Of a DNA stretch of 64,000 nucleotides, positions 63,294 through 64,000 are shown piece after piece (positions within the stretch are counted from its first letter, which is position 1; each line of letters begins with the position of its first letter). The stretch spans positions 372,001-436,000 of the forward strand of contig OZ024744.1 in assembly GCA_964016885.1 (NCBI GenBank). Reading direction: 5' to 3'. The position numbers were made by a program, and so were the translations under genes. Source of the stretch: Eledone cirrhosa. Its lineage: Eukaryota. The notes under the pieces are model-generated. The model was not told the DNA's origin. It was given only the letters and a program-made list of their open reading frames with translations, and ran no database searches.

Positions 63294-64000
63294 TCAAAAC
63301 GTCGTTCTTCACCAAGCTATCTTTCTCTACCTTGTCTTCCCCCAAAACTTCGTTCTTCACCAAGCTATCTTTCTCTACCTTGTCTACCCCCAAAACTTCG
63401 TTCTTCACCAAGCTATCTTTCTCTACCTTGTCTTCCCACAAAATTTCGTTCTTCACCAAGCTATCTTTCTCTACCTTGTCTTCCCACAAAACGTCGTTCT
63501 TCACCAAGCTATCTTTCCCTACCTTGTCTTCCCTCAAAACGTCGTTCTTCACCAAGCTATCTTTCTCTACCTTGACTTCCCTCAAAACTTCGTTCTTCAC
63601 CAAGCTATCTTTCTCTACCTTGTCTTCCCTCAAAACTTCGTTCTTCACCAAGCTATCTTTCTCTATCTTGTCTTCCCTCAAAACTCCGTTCTTCATCAAG
63701 CTATCGTTCTCTACTTTGTCTTCCCTCAAAACGTCGTTCTTCACCAAGCTATCTTTCTCTACCTTGTCTTCCCTCAAAACTTCGTTCGTTCTTCACCAAG
63801 CTATCTTTCTCTACCTTGTCTTCCCCCAAAACTTCGTTCTTCACAAGCTATCCTTCTCTACCTTGTCTTCCCTCAAAACTTCGTTCTTCACCAAGCTATC
63901 TTTCTCTACCTTGTCTTCCCTCAAAACTTCGTTCTTGATCAAGCTATCTTTCTCTACCTTGCATTCCCTCAAAACTTCGTTCTTCACCAAGCTATCTTTC

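Larger units (their letters stand above)
1..64000. repeat. 48-bp satellite DNA tandem array (~1,330 monomers, single orientation, runs off both window ends)
   Basis: The consensus CACCAAGCTATCTTTCTCTACCTTGTCTTCCCTCAAAACTTCGTTCTT recurs continuously with about 0-4 differences per unit. Every translated frame shows a 16-aa period (KTSFFTKLSFSTLSSL, HQAIFLYLVFPQNFVL, SSPSYLSLPCLPSKLR, and minus-strand KNEVLREDKVEKDSLV). Confidence 0.99.

Noticed and set aside
916-63777. Dozens of minus-strand REDKVEKDSLVKNEVL ORFs as a gene family or repetitive antigen
   Set aside because: They are fragments of the one open minus frame bounded by recurrent indels and nonsense variants. There are no unique termini, signal peptides or intergenic sequence. 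Kept only as a weak origin hypothesis.
1-64000. CRISPR array
   Set aside because: There are no unique spacers: the whole 48-bp unit repeats. No leader, palindromic repeat or cas genes are present.
1-64000. Telomeric repeat, rDNA spacer subrepeat, transposon or array inversion
   Set aside because: I saw no telomere-type G-rich short motif, rRNA sequence, terminal repeats or transposase/RT coding. The pyrimidine-rich strand stays on + throughout.

Overview
The whole 64-kb window is one uninterrupted, head-to-tail tandem array of a 48-bp monomer, about 1,330 copies. The consensus is CACCAAGCTATCTTTCTCTACCTTGTCTTCCCTCAAAACTTCGTTCTT (~42% GC, 75% pyrimidine on the + strand, one AluI AGCT site per unit). 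I saw no unique sequence, transposon, inversion, RNA gene or credible protein-coding gene. All listed ORFs are by-products of the monomer: 48 is divisible by 3 and the consensus has no stop in four of six frames. The informative structure is in the variants. Monomers carry diagnostic substitutions and two recurrent indels (+4 TCGT duplication, -1 CACCAAG>CACAAG) arranged in fixed-order cassettes. These cassettes are nested in higher-order duplications of about 147, 580, 675, 1105-1210, 2370, 2503, 3274, 4250, 5926 and 7732 bp, plus a dispersed copy at 23,776 bp offset. Variant content changes from left to right. This resembles eukaryotic (peri)centromeric or heterochromatic satellite DNA undergoing recent amplification. 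I do not recognise the family or organism, function cannot be shown from sequence alone, and I found no evidence of a novel gene system. Periods were derived from ORF-track offsets and spot-checked by eye, so boundaries are approximate.
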